A stretch of 64,000 nt of DNA from assembly GCA_002633005.1 (NCBI GenBank), contig NMRA01000012.1:736571-800570 (forward strand), read 5' to 3'. Below the pieces are notes generated by a model, which did not search any database, was not told the origin of the DNA, and saw nothing but the letters and a program-made list of their open reading frames with translations. Shown here in pieces: positions 11,401-23,853 of the stretch. The position numbers were made by a program, and so were the translations under genes. The first letter of the stretch is position 1; each line of letters begins with the position of its first letter. The stretch comes from Phoronis australis. Lineage: Eukaryota; Animalia; Phoronida.

Positions 11401-14400
11401 CAGTGTAAGTGATTTCAATTTGGCACCATCAACAGATACCAAGAAACAATCTACAAGCTCTAGTCACAAGAAAGCAGAAAAAGACATCTGTTGCCTTGTG
11501 AAACAAGTTAAATTTTAGGCTAATGTAGTTGCCTCTGTTAATTTGTGAATTGTAGATGAACTTGCTACAAAAAACGAAAACATAAAGGTGCTGTCCGCGA
11601 GGCTGCGTAACTTTGAAGCAGAGGACCAGAGCAAGACGGAGGCCTTACAGCAGAGTCAATTACAGTTGAGCCGACTGACGGAGCAGTCCTGCACTATGGA
11701 GCTGCAGGTGCAGGAGTTGGAGGTATGCAGCAGGCTTAAAGGTTTATATTTAGGTTATCGTATTGGGTTGAAAATTACAGTAGTACATGCTGATGTGAGC
11801 GAGTAAATATGGCGTGAAGTAAACCTTTTGTTGTAAGGGTTTACGACTCTGGTGGAAAAAATATGTTTATCATGCTTATAACGGATAATATTAACTAGTT
11901 TCTAATGTTTTTGGTAAATAGTTCATTATACTTTAAGTAGAGGTTTATTTGCTCAGCCACAAAGCTGACAAGAAATTTTGTTTATAACTTACTGAATGTA
12001 AAAGATAAATGATAAGATGTAGTTATTCAATGAGCACTGATCTATTGGTTTTGTTTTATTTGTTAATAAGTCTGTTTATGATGCAGGAAAAGAATCGTGA
12101 GTTGAACAACTCCATGAGAGACATGTCGTCCACGATAGGAGAGCTGGAAGCCAAAGAACAGGAACTTCTGACCATGGTCAGGTTAAAGGTATGGTTAGGA
12201 TTTAACAGCCAACAGAATTGGCTAATAGTTACACTTTGTACAGAAGGTTCTCTACCCCTTTCAGTGTTATCAAACATGCCACTCAAGTGAAACACTTGCA
12301 TTTGTGAAGCTCGCTGTAATCTCACTAAGTTCACGCAACTCTGTAGGTAACGCTGTTGAATACCGTTGAAACACTGTTAAGTTCTTAAACAGAGACCAGT
12401 TATTATCTGAAGAATGGAGGCTTATAGCACATGCATTCTCAAATGGGCACATATTTACAAAGATTTCAAAAATGTTACCTAAGCTAATATCAAATTACCT
12501 TTAGTTGAACGTCCTTTTACCAACAGTGAGGTGCATGTAGTGTCAAGTCATCAAATTTCACTGTGATTTGTGCTATGATCTGAACAGGACAAAGATTTAA
12601 TGGATGCGTCTAATCACATCTCAGAGTTGGCAACGCGTCTTAAGATGCTGGACTTCCATCATAAACAACTACAACAGTCGGAGGGAGAGTTAAAACGACA
12701 GCTGACAGAAAGTAACGACCGAGGGTCAGAGTTACGGCGCGAGGTTGACCGTCTACGCTGTAGGTAGTCAATGTCCATCATGGTGTCGATAGACTGTGCA
12801 TGATGGTAGTATTTTGTATTTGCTGTTGTCTTCAGGTTTTGGTTGCTCATTTTGTGTTCTTTGTTATAATTGCTGAGCCTGAGTTTGTCACATAGGACTG
12901 TTGAAATTGTTATTAAATCCATTTTTTTACGATACCCATCAAAACAAATCATCGTCAGATCTTTGATAAGGGCACTAAAAATCCTCAAAGTCGTGTGTCC
13001 TTGTATTCTCGAACAATAAGCGCAGAATCATTTGATTGATGTCCTTGGGAAAAAACTGAAAAAATTCCTAATCGAATCCTTCGGATGCTCCAGGATGAGT
13101 ATACGCAACTGGGTACATACCCAGTCAGCAGCCCAGTTGGCATCACTTAACTCATGCAGAGAGACCATGGACAATTTTCCCAATGTGATCAAACCAAAAG
13201 GTTAGAAAGTTATTTCTGTTTTTACCCATGATATACCTCGTACCCATGGTATACCTGGTACACCTGGTACCCTTGGTATACCTATCTCCTTACCTCTTAA
13301 GACTGCTCGCTTTTTCTGATCAGTTGTTGATAGCAATGGGTTTTATAAAAGAAATCAGTTTTTGGCCACAGCAAGATTAAAAACCGGACGATTGCCGCAC
13401 AAACAAAAATGTTCATGTTAAGTCAACGTTTCATCTATTTATTAGACATCAGGATCATATTTACAAAGGACAGCATGCTACTGATTCTCTGAATAACATG
13501 CAGAGCTCAGTGATCCTGCTACTGTGGTGATGGCCAGCTACTGACTATATTCCCTGTATCCCTCACTTCACTTTATGGATGTTACCTGAGCTGTATGTTG
13601 GCACTTGTTGTCTTTTGTTAATATGATCCTGATGTCTAATGAATAGCCGAAACATTGACTGAACATAAACTTTTCTTGTTTGTGCGGCGATCGTCCGATT
13701 TTTAATTTATAAAAGAAGTAATGAACCCTCGCCCGGTGTCAAAACCAACTTTTAGTTTAAGTCAGTTGGTATTATGTAATCATCCTATGTTGTTCCCTGT
13801 TAGGCCATTACAACATCAAATCGGAGCCTGGGGTCTGATCTCTGCACTCGGACCTTTACTGGAAAATAAACTTGCAAAGTTGTACTCAAATCATGGAGTG
13901 TGATGGGTTAAATTTTCGTGTCTCTAAGTCGAGTTGGAGTGCAGATATTAGATCCCGGATATACAAGGTTGTATGTTAGTCGAGAATTTCAGTCGATTTC
14001 ATTGCAACCCTTTCATTTAACACAAAGAATAAGTACGAGGTATGTGATGATATTTTGGTGGAGTAAATCAATGCATGTGAAGAAAATTTGTTTTTTCACC
14101 AGAATACACATACTTTATAGGGAGTTTGCACAATTCTCAATTCTCTGTATTTTTGATGTTGAAAAGTTTGCCTTTTTAGTTAATGACATGGTCTCCGAGT
14201 AGTTCAACTATCATCTGTTCATTACAGTAGCTAAAATGCATTTTGAAATGCTTCTTCTTTGTAATTTTGATTTTTGCACCCAGTAGACTGCCAGTCACTG
14301 CCTTGCTTGCATTGGTTTCTAAGAGTATATAGTATTTGTTCTAGTTGAGGTTGAAGGCTGATAATAAAGGGCTTGTTTCCAGGATCTAGTCCCTTTTATC

Positions 14401-17400
14401 AGGCCTGACCGAGACTTGAGATTTAACCATTCACAATGCATGATTCTGGTACAAAGCTGTATTAAGTTTATTCAAAGTAAGACAATTAGCGAGTCGAGTT
14501 TCGAGTACAGGGATTTGAACATGGGGCCTGTTTGATGTATGTGCTGACTGGTCATAGTCAAGGTCACGTATATCTCTGTGTGATTTCAGCGGACAATGAA
14601 AATATGTCAAGTGAAGCCGAGGAGAGAGCCGTCGACATACAGAGAGCAAGACAGGAAATAGCTGATCTCAGCAAGGATCTGACTTTGTCTGGTAATAAAC
14701 CAACCCAATGCTTAAATTGGGATTTTTAAATCTTACTTACTCAGTCCATTGATTTTCTATTAAGAAAAAATGGCCAATTAATTGGACAAAATATGGCCAA
14801 CAGCTAAACTTTTATTTTCTCATTTTTGTAAAAAGTATATATCGCAAAATATGTGCTTTACATCGTTTAAATTTTGTATGCTATTTTTGCGTAGTGTTTG
14901 AAACATTATATTTCACTTTGGAAAAAGTTGATGAAAGAGTTGCTAGACAAAAGTCAGCAAAATTGAAAAGTAAAAAGCACTCTGAAATTCTAACTGCTGC
15001 CGAGTGATAATTAATACTCTTTCTATGAACCCATAAAACAATTTTCCCGCAGTTTGCTTTTAAATTCCTTAATTTCATCGACTGTCGTTCACAAATTTGG
15101 AACACTCGAAGCAAATATTGTCTCTTTTGTGCAGTTGTGCAACCACACTGGTCTGCTTTCAGCATTTGATTTCCTAAGTGGTGAGGACTGGTCTGATTAT
15201 TTTTGACCTACCAGTATTTCAAGTGTAACCTACTATTGCAGGTGAACGAGAAAAGCGAAAAGATGAGGTCATTGCTTTACAGAGGTCAAAAATGGAGCGT
15301 GCTGATGCTGAGTTGACAAGTTTAAGACAGGTAGTAGCTTAGATATCTGAACACTATATTTGACATTTTGTATATAATGATATGCGATACATTCATTTCC
15401 ATTTTAATATCACGCCCATGTATCTAAAATTATTAAAAATGAAATTGTATTAAAGATTATTTTTTAAGTGCATGCTGACAGAAAGGACATTGTGTATAAC
15501 CAGTTGATTTTGTTCAATGGAGATTTGCAACTTTCATCTGTTCCTAAGGCGCCATAAAAATGGGCATAACTTAGCAAACAGTTACAAAAAAGTAAGCATG
15601 AGAGGAGGTTTGATAATGAGTGCTTTGCATGTCCCAGGGACGTGCAAGTTACACATTTCTACCCTGTTTCCCCCTTCAAGATGAACTGGTATGTGCAGAA
15701 CCAGGCCGCCGAGAGCTACCAGGCATGCATGAGGTCGGCCATCTTAGAAAGCGCCGACTCAGGAAGGCCAGTTAGGATTAGGGTTAATACGTCTAAGCGG
15801 GACCCTGAAATGCCATTAGAATGTCGAGGTGCCCCGCCGTGTTTAGCCCGTACTTCCCCTTGTGGAAGAATGTCTCCGTGTAACCGTCCACTCATGTAGA
15901 CCGTGGTCTTTAAGTTATACTTAGGCTTAGTTTTCAACATGTGGCTGAGTTCTCAATGTATGAATTTAGCTTGTTAAGTACTGTAGTGCAATTTGACCTT
16001 GTTCATTTGAATAAAATCCACGTGTTTATATAGTGTTTTTCATTTGTATCTGAAAGTCATTTGTCATATAAATGCTGGGAAAGGGTGACTTTGTAGACTG
16101 AAACAGTATATCAGAAAACTAATAACATCGCAAATTATTATGTTGTAAAAACAAGATAGCAATCAAATCGTATAAATTTTTTACAATCCGTGGATAGGTT
16201 CTAGGTCATCAAATAAAAATACACATTTTAGATGTTAAAAAATAATAGAACAAGGAGGATAATAATATCAAGTACTACACTTATTCTACAGTAATAGTAA
16301 CAAATATTGATAGTAATATTAATGCCAGTAGTATTAGTTTTCTGTTGATGGGATGAAAGGTAAAAGCCGATTAAGAAAATGGTATTGTGACCATGCGGAC
16401 TGCCTTGAATAATCTTTCATAATCTACTGTAATGAGAATAATTTGCAAGCTCGATGTTTTCCAGGGTTTCTTCAATAGCTACTTGGTAACTGGTAGTGGT
16501 AAATGAGCTTGTCCACATCACAAATCCTCAAATGTAAATAGAACTGTATGTTTTGTTTTTGTTGTTCTTCTGTTGCAAACTTGTTTCCTCGTTTCCATTT
16601 ATTGAAATATATTCTGGGTTTTTGCCCACTTAAAGCTACCACAAACCAGCCTTCAGTCACTAAAACTAGATCATTTATCAAACTGGTCTTATCTTGCTAG
16701 TTTCACGAATGTGGAAGTGATTTCTTTGTTGGGGAAGAATAGATTGTTATTGATTACGCGAGATTAAGCTTTGTGCATAAAGTAACCCACTGGATTTCAT
16801 AATTACCGTATTTTTTCCCAAACCTAGATTATGTTTTTCATCTGAATAAAGATTCGAACAATTTGAAACTAGTTTTGTTGTGATAAGCTATTTAAAATTA
16901 GTTTTTTGACAGAAGGTTGGTTTGTTGCAGTTTTAGGAAGTTTTTGTTTTCAAAACACTCCGTCATTACATTACCAGGGTTACGTAAACCTTGGCTGTTA
17001 CACGATTTCTGTTGACACTTTGTGCATTAATGGCTAAGTGACATGTGATAGTGTGAAATTGTTGGTACCCAATAAGGAACGTCTGTACATCTGGTGAAAA
17101 TAGGGACGTTTGAAAACTGGTTCCATAACTTGCCCAGGTATTGGTTAGGTGACTCGAAGGTCAAGGTCACGACAACTGCGCTGCTGCGTACTATTGTTTT
17201 GCTGATTCTCACGTGATACTATTCACCATGTTTTATTCACCGTCTGTTTCTAGGCCTATGACCGCCAATTACGAGATTTATCTTTACTCCATTTAAACCT
17301 GGAGAGCTCTAAAGAGCTGATAGCCAAGCAGCAGGCTAGTTTTAATGAAGAAAAGTATGTATTCCTAGGTGTGACTGGCCCCATGTAGATTGTAGCTGTT

Positions 17401-20400
17401 TTGCACTATGCTTGCTCTGATGCAAATGACAACATGTCCAGCCAAAACCACATTGCCTTGCGTTATCTTTGAGTAAAATCTCACCAATTGGGAAAACACT
17501 ATGGAAGACAAGCGACATTTTATTTTTTAAAAAAGGTAACAATCGCCATAGAAATGCTTAGTTTTAAGTTCTGTACTTCAGCTACCACCAGTCAATCTTG
17601 TGTAGGAATTCACATTTTTGAGGAAAAAACATCACTTTGGGCAGTTATCTTTGCACAAAATTGGTGAGATTTTATCGTATTTGGTTAGAAAAGATGTGTA
17701 AGCACAATTTTGACAAATCTAACAAGATCCTTTTTCTGTGTGTTGCATTTTGAAGAATTCATTACTGTGTTCTGTTTTATGTGTAACTAACCTCTTCATG
17801 TTGTCATCTGCAAAGAAAGACAAACTATTGTACACTTCTGCTCTATCCATTCTTGCTATAGAAACCTGTTGTTGTGTTCTAACACCTGTCTCCGTCTCTT
17901 TGCCGTGTCTAGGTTCAACAGTAACCGCATGTATACAATTTACCTGTCTTGCTTGTACGTGGCAACCTTGAGTGATTGTCTACTTCTGTATGTCGTCTGC
18001 CTCTACATGTCGTCTGCCTCTACATGTCGTCTGCCTCTACAGCCGGTTTCTGGGCTCTTTTTGTCCACATTGGCGGGACAGCCTTGGACTTGACAGAGAC
18101 GCTCATATGATTTTAAAGACAGACATTTAGCTTTTAGTTTCTGTTATTTGTTGGGTGCATGTGATCAACTAAAATTGTGTTATAATAACTTATTGCTTGC
18201 GTCTCAAAAATGTATTGGGAAACATTTTCTTTTAAATAATTGTGCAAACTGCTTTTAATGTAAAAAACAAGGTTTTACAATTACATGATAGGCATTATCT
18301 AGGTGAATAACAAGATCTGAAATAATTATAAATCACAACTTCTGGAACTTACTATGTAATAAATTTCCCAACATTGGGTAGCTGCCTGGTTCTTGCTGGG
18401 GATTGACGACTGGCAACTTTCGATGACCACTTTTGGTGTTCATAGAGAGCAACTGCAAGGCCCTCGACTAAGAGTTGGACAACTTAAATCTGACACCTCC
18501 ATGTCTATTCAAAGACGGGCTCTTAGCTTTAACCCAGACAGCCTCTCTGACACCTCGCTCAAACCAAGAGCTTTTTCTGTCTTGTACCCTCACGTCCTCT
18601 GTCTCAAACGAGTGTCCCATGTTTCTAACATAATTAAGCACTGCTGTTTAAACTACTGGCATTTGCCTTGAGTTCCCTAGTAGAAGGAGCCATATGACTC
18701 CACAATGATGGGGAGATTTATTTTGTAGTAAGTTCCAAAGCTGTGGTTTTATAATTTTTTTGCATCAAGATTTTGCAACATTTATGTCTTCAAGACCAAG
18801 TGAAATTATTCATTACAGTCAGGCCAATTGTTGGGCAACTGAGGAAGAAAAATACTGATTAGTATTATTTGTCAAGCGTGATTCGTAAGACCATACACCT
18901 TGTTAATCTGACTGCTTGGATTGCTCTGTAAATAACGCGTAATGCTTTGTAAAGAATATGCCATGTGCGACAACCAATACACATTCCTTTGTTCAGTGAA
19001 ATGTATTTAGTAGTATTATTTCTCAATATTTGCTAACAGATGCTCTCATTAACAGCTTCATCGTCTACCTGTCTTTCCTTCCCCATTGCCGTCTGAGTTA
19101 ACAATAATGTTGCTTGGTATTGAATTTTGTTTTGGAAATTGTCTCATATAAGTTGTTTCAATTTTTCATGGAGAAGTCAGTAGTTTACCCCTAAAGGTAA
19201 CGTGTTTATTAATTTCTGTATAATTATTTAAAAGCAATGTTTGTTTGATACGACAATTAAAGTTCATTTCTTGTTTATAAAAAAATTGAGCTTAAAAGTG
19301 TTTGTCACAATCCAACTGTTTATGAAACTAGACAAGATGAGATTTTATTTTAGTTTTGTATTGAAGCTACCTTTTGAACTATGTCTGTTGGTGCATATTG
19401 CTATCTTCTCTGTCATGGCGTGTGCTGCTCTATCTGCTGAACTTGTTGGAGGATCTTAATGAATGTCAGCTCCTGTGTTCCTATGGAGGTGATGACAGAT
19501 GATGACGTTGACTCTTGGACATATCCAACTCCTAGTGTGCCCCCTAGTGGCAATTTCAGTTTTTACATTTGCCTCTGTATCTTCAGAATTACTTGACGGA
19601 TTTTTATGAAATTTGGCAAATAGTTCTCTACTTAAAAGATGGCAATGCCTTCCCACTTTTGGGTTGATTGATGAGTTTATATGCTTACTAGTCCACCTCT
19701 CTGCTTAAATTCTTGAAAGATCATTATGAAAATTGGCATATGTGTTTCCTTTGAGACCTTGAGTTTTGGACGAGTTTGACTACTGTGGTGTCCCTTAGTG
19801 GTATGTTTTGCCTGTTGCTCAATGTCTATGAAGATCTAGTATACGTGACCTTATTGAGGAGAACATAGCCGGCAGTGATTTTTGGATGGGTCTGACTACA
19901 GTAGCACCCCCTAGTGGTTATTGTTTGCCCCTGCCTCAACAGATTTCCTTGATGGACCTCTATGAAATTTGCTTTATATGTCCCTGTCGTGGAGAGCACG
20001 ACCGACATTGATTTCGGGACATGACAACTGTGGCAATCCTTAGTGGCAATTTAGGTTTTATTCTAGGTTTTATTCTCTTATGCCACGAGCTTCTATGAAG
20101 AAAACAAATTAAAGCACCTGTCCATTTTTAGACGAATTTGGCCTTTCTTATGCCTTCTTGTAACTTTTATTTTTGTCTCTGTGTTTGGTATCTGCCGCAC
20201 TATCCACAAGCCATTTCAAGAATCATAAAAATCAGCAGGAGTTCCTATTTAGGCTGACATGAGCTTTCAGACTGTTCTTCTGGTTGTGCCTCCTAGTGGC
20301 AATTTTATTTTTTCTTTGGATCTTGTTCGACATCTTCCAAGTTCTTTGGTGGATTTTCATGAAATTTTACAATTTTGAGTTCCTACTAAGCAAAGAATGA

Positions 20401-21819
20401 CAGGTATCAATTGTTTGATGGTTTTGACTACTGTGGTGCGCCCTTGTGGCAAATTGTCACCGTGTCGCCCTTTATATCTACTAGTTGTTTCTATCATGGT
20501 TCCTCATGAGTGAGGAAATACTGCACAATTGATAGATCCAAATGACCCTTGAAATATTTAAAAAAAAATTAACTCCGCTTACTTCTTTACCATTCCCAAT
20601 GCTTATTTTCATTATCGCACTATCCTGTATTAAGTACCTATTTTTCATTACAGTGTGTCCAGTTCCAGTCCAGAGAAGGGGGGCTCTCGGCCTACTTCCC
20701 GCCTCGCCTCCTCCCCAAGTTCACGTCCAACGCCCATGAAGACTCCGGACACCAGTCCCATCAGATCTCCAGTGACGACCACAAACTCATTACCTGTGTC
20801 GAGTATTGATGAGTTCACACTTCCAGGGTCACGAGATGTAAGTACATTTGAATTAAAGCTAGGAAAATTTGTATAGTGGAACCAGTTACGACAAATCCTT
20901 CTGGGCCTTTCCAAGATATTTGTTGTAACTGAAGTTACAGCCAAATGAATACAGTTGGCTGGGGACTTATGGGATTGAATGTTGTATGCGAGCAAATAGA
21001 GTAAATTGTGTTGTCTGATTGTAATGCAGTTTGGCTGTTTTGGCTTACTGTTTGGGTTGACCCATAGTTCACTTCTCAGAAACCTGATGTGGCTTTGTTG
21101 ATCTTTTCTGGAATGGAAAGTATGGTTCCGTTTCACTGCGTAATTACAAATCTGACCTGCCATTGTTTTCCTGACGTCACAGTGGAGTATGGTTTAGTGT
21201 GCTATCTATTGGGATCAGGCAAATGTTTGTTTAACTCAAGCTTAATAGTTCTTTCTTTTGGATCATTCACATTTTGATTTGACCTCACGTCTGCACCGAA
21301 ATGAAAAAGTTGACTTCTTCTTACATGGGGCACCATTTGGTGGTCTAAGTTCCGTTGTTGACTTTTGATACCAGCTATTTTTTTGACATATGAAATGGGT
21401 CATATCTGTGGAGTTTGCTGATATGTTTATTGTTCAATTATGTTGACAGTAAAATCTCACTAATTCAGAATACAAGGTAGCGGACATGTGAAATTTTATT
21501 TTATCTTTTTTCCTTAGAAGCCAACTTGCATCAAATAAATGCTTCATATCATAATTACATTACCACAGCTAACGTCAGAAAATGTTTTGAAAATAAAGTA
21601 TTTTTTTACATTCACAACAATGCTTGTAGCTTTTGAAAATGTAAAACGGACAATTTTCAAATTATTTTGTCTGAAATTGGTGATATTTTACCTTATTGTC
21701 CGAGGGTTTGTGTTTTACAGCTAGAAGCCTCACCTACCAGTAAACTACACAGGCTGCTGGAGGAGTCTAGGAACATGGTGTCCAGTCTAGAGAAGGTCAC
21801 GTTATCAGACAAATCTTAG
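5384..21819 (+). CDS. CCDC62: Coiled-coil domain-containing protein 62 orthologue (11 coding exons, ~433 aa)
   Basis: Exons 5384-5420, 6340-6398, 10967-11156, 11556-11722, 12087-12188, 12588-12759, 14590-14691, 15242-15330, 17254-17354, 20654-20837 and 21721-21819 join in phase through GT-AG introns (1302 nt). Peptides SEIESNTIQKQRKELQLLIVELKDRDRELNEMVASHQKQLMAWEEDRQRVL, EREKRKDE and SPTSKLHRLLEESRNMV match my recollection of vertebrate CCDC62. Confidence 0.9.
5429..5606. mobile_element. Degenerate pogo/Tigger-type MITE
   Basis: Ends CAGTAGAACTTC... and ...TTATAATGAGGTTCAACTG|TA; sits 8 nt downstream of a splice donor. Confidence 0.45.
6340..6398 (+). CDS. CCDC62: CCDC62 coding exon 2 (SSFSNSRSVRHSTPVGGTKK)
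   Basis: TTCTTTTAG| ... AAG|GTATGT. Phase 1 to 0 links exon 1 to exon 3. Confidence 0.65.
6684..7236. other. Assembly gap (N run)
   Basis: 553 consecutive N. Confidence 1.
8439..8945. mobile_element. PIF/Harbinger-like MITE
   Basis: Imperfect TIRs AGGCCCTTTCAAATT / AGTATGAAAGGCCCT with TAA/TAT flanks. Internal repeated TTCATACTG motifs (~8510, ~8786, ~8887); CpG-rich. Confidence 0.55.
10244..10316. repeat. Short tandem repeat (GGTACTCCAAAGTACC-like, ~4 units)
   Basis: Units visible by eye. Confidence 0.75.
10967..11156 (+). CDS. CCDC62: CCDC62 coding exon 3
   Basis: ATACAG|TTT...GAGA|GTATGT; encodes FASEIESNTIQKQRKELQLLIVELKDRDRELNEM... Confidence 0.93.
11556..11722 (+). CDS. CCDC62: CCDC62 coding exon 4
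   Basis: TGTAG|...GAG|GTATGC; encodes ELATKNENIKVLSARLRNFEAEDQ... Confidence 0.9.
12087..12188 (+). CDS. CCDC62: CCDC62 coding exon 5
   Basis: GCAG|...AAG|GTATGG; encodes EKNRELNNSMRDMSSTIGELEAKEQELLTMVRLK. Confidence 0.9.
12588..12759 (+). CDS. CCDC62: CCDC62 coding exon 6
   Basis: ACAG|...T|GTAGGT; encodes DKDLMDASNHISELATRLKMLD... Confidence 0.88.
14590..14691 (+). CDS. CCDC62: CCDC62 coding exon 7
   Basis: TTTCAG|...G|GTAATA; encodes DNENMSSEAEERAVDIQRARQEIADLSKDLTLS. Confidence 0.88.
15242..15330 (+). CDS. CCDC62: CCDC62 coding exon 8
   Basis: TTGCAG|...CAG|GTAGTA; encodes GEREKRKDEVIALQRSKMERADAELTSLRQ. Confidence 0.9.
15681..15899 (+). CDS. Candidate alternative terminal exon of CCDC62 (72 aa + stop)
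   Basis: Pyrimidine-rich acceptor CCCTGTTTCCCCCTTCAAG, in phase 0 with exon 8. GC-rich open frame to TAG at 15897-15899, then AATAAA at 16010-16015. Confidence 0.45.
   Translation: MNWYVQNQAAESYQACMRSAILESADSGRPVRIRVNTSKRDPEMPLECRGAPPCLARTSPCGRMSPCNRPLM
17254..17354 (+). CDS. CCDC62: CCDC62 coding exon 9
   Basis: TTTCTAG|...AA|GTATGT; encodes AYDRQLRDLSLLHLNLESSKELIAKQQASFNEE. Confidence 0.88.
17990..18040. repeat. 17-bp tandem repeat x3 (ATGTCGTCTGCCTCTAC)
   Basis: Three consecutive units. Confidence 0.85.
19381..20470 (-). mobile_element. Helentron/HINE-like non-autonomous repeat with internal ~125-250 bp subrepeats
   Basis: The start TGTTGGTGCATATTGCTATCTTCTCTGT is close to the reverse complement of the end at ~38440-38470. 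Repeated TTTTATGAAATTTGGC and CCCCTAGTGG motifs. Family label is an inference. Confidence 0.55.
20654..20837 (+). CDS. CCDC62: CCDC62 coding exon 10 (Ser/Pro/Thr-rich)
   Basis: TTTTTCATTACAG|...GAT|GTAAGT; phase 2 to 0. Confidence 0.82.
21721..21819 (+). CDS. CCDC62: CCDC62 terminal coding exon
   Basis: TGTTTTACAG| then LEASPTSKLHRLLEESRNMVSSLEKVTLSDKS*. Candidate AATAAA at 22851-22856. Confidence 0.9.
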   Translation, partial: LEASPTSKLHRLLEESRNMVSSLEKVTLSDKS

Positions 21820-23160
21820 CTCTTACAGAGTCAGAATGAAGAAGGTCATACCATTGGACAATTCTTATAGATGTTGCTGGGTTTCAATGAAAAAGGTCAC
21901 GTTATTGGACAATTCTAAATCCAAACTGAGCCACACTGCCATCTGTTGTTAAACATTTTACGTTTTAGACTATTTGCACGCTCAATGTGCATTTCCTATG
22001 TACACCTAATTTTAATTGATCAAAGTTTTGTTGCTGTTGCTTTAGCAACTACGATCGTGGCTGTGTCACAATCAAAGTCCGTGTTTTTAAGGAGAGAGGG
22101 GCTTATTTTCTGGTGCTCAGATTTGTTTATGTCATTGTCAAGGTTTATGCATTCCAATACCTGTATCATCTGTGTATCAATGTTTTATATTGGCCTTGTG
22201 CTTGAATATTTACTAAAAGCAAATGTTATCTAGGACTTCAATTTGGGAGATTTTATCTACAGCGTCACTGTCGTTTTTTGAATTAAAAGCGTTGTGACAC
22301 CTGTGTCGGTTGATAAGCTTGGGTTGACTTCACAGATAGACTTGGTGACATATTTACGAAAAATATGAAAAACAAAACTCATCACTCAAGCACACCTGAA
22401 GGAAGTGAGCCTCAAAATGTGTGGAATTAAAATACAAATATGCAAATCTTTGGCAGAAGAGATTTTTTTCAAGGTGTGCACTATCCAGTCGCACTACAAT
22501 GAAATCTTACCACTTAAAATGCAAATTATAAACCAGGTTACACGTCCCAACTATGTATTTGAAAATCGACTGCAGTGCCATAGATGTAATTCCCCAAGTA
22601 GTTCAACCGTCTCTTAACGTTAATTGAACACTTACAAATGATGATTGTGTTAGACTCTAAAAGAACAAATCAATTTGCTTGTTACACAAGGAAAAAAATC
22701 TCAACGTTTCAGTTTTATGTTAGTTGCTTAATTTTAAAATGTCAGTTTGCATAGAAGTTTGTTTCAAATCTTGTATAATACATTTATTTTCTATTTTATT
22801 TAAGTTTATGTGTTGTTGTACCCTGTAACACTTAGAATATTTGTGATTTTAATAAATTTGTTCAGGTCTTGTCAAAATGTAATAATTAAATACTCAACTT
22901 TGTTGTAGCAATTGGCACATAAGTTTAGTTTTTGTCTCGTCTTGTTTATCACTTTGTTCCATTTTCTACTGTCAGTTATGACTTGACAATTAGTGTTTAC
23001 AGTTCATATTTATGTGTGTGTGTCATGTATGTGTGTAGCATGTCAAGGACATTTTATCAATATTTCTGAAAACCCCACTTTTTAGCAATACTATAGGCCT
23101 GTTTGTGCAAGTCTTTCCAAAATTTTTTCATCACATGAACGCAAAAATTGCATAATGTTC

Positions 23161-23853
23161 AAACTTCCAAATTCTGCAGAACTCGTACATATCTGTGCAA
23201 AGGCACTCTCACCATTTATTCAGTTTATTCAGTTTATTCAGCAACAGTCACTTTCAGTGGTCCTTCTTTGAAAGGCTGTCTCCATTATACAGCGACACAT
23301 TCACACGATACAGGCATTTCTCACTTCAGCATGAAATAACACAATACGCCACATTTTTCTGCTTTAGTAACATATTTCTAGCTGTTTGATACCAGTGTGT
23401 ATGATGGCTGGAGGCCAAACAGGTCTAAGACTACAAACTGCTTATAAACTGTCACAATCCTCAGATTACAATACTTTGTTCTGATCCTCTAAGCACCTCA
23501 CGAACTACAAATTGTCACGGTTACAATTATGACAGTATGTACTTTCAAGATCTACACTATCTCAATTTGATTGTGACGTATTGTCCAGTTGCGACAGTTT
23601 GTGGTCTTGGACCTGTTGGGTCTCCAACCCTCGTACACACTGGTATCAAACAGCTGGAAATATGTTACTAAAGAAGAAAAATGGTGTATTGTGTTAAAGT
23701 GAGAAATGCCTGTATCGTGTGAATGTGTCACTGTATAATGGAGACAGCCTTTCAAAGAAGGACCACTGAAAGTGACTGTTACTGAGTAAACTGAAGAAAT
23801 GGTGAGACTGCGTTTGCACAAATATGTAAGAGTTCTGCAGAATTTGGAAGTTT
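23161..23853. mobile_element. Long inverted-repeat (foldback/MITE) element
   Basis: Arms ~23161-23441 and ~23595-23853 are reverse complements (AAACTTCCAAATTCTGCAGAACTC... / ...GAGTTCTGCAGAATTTGGAAGTTT) with scattered mismatches. No clear TSD. Confidence 0.8.
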
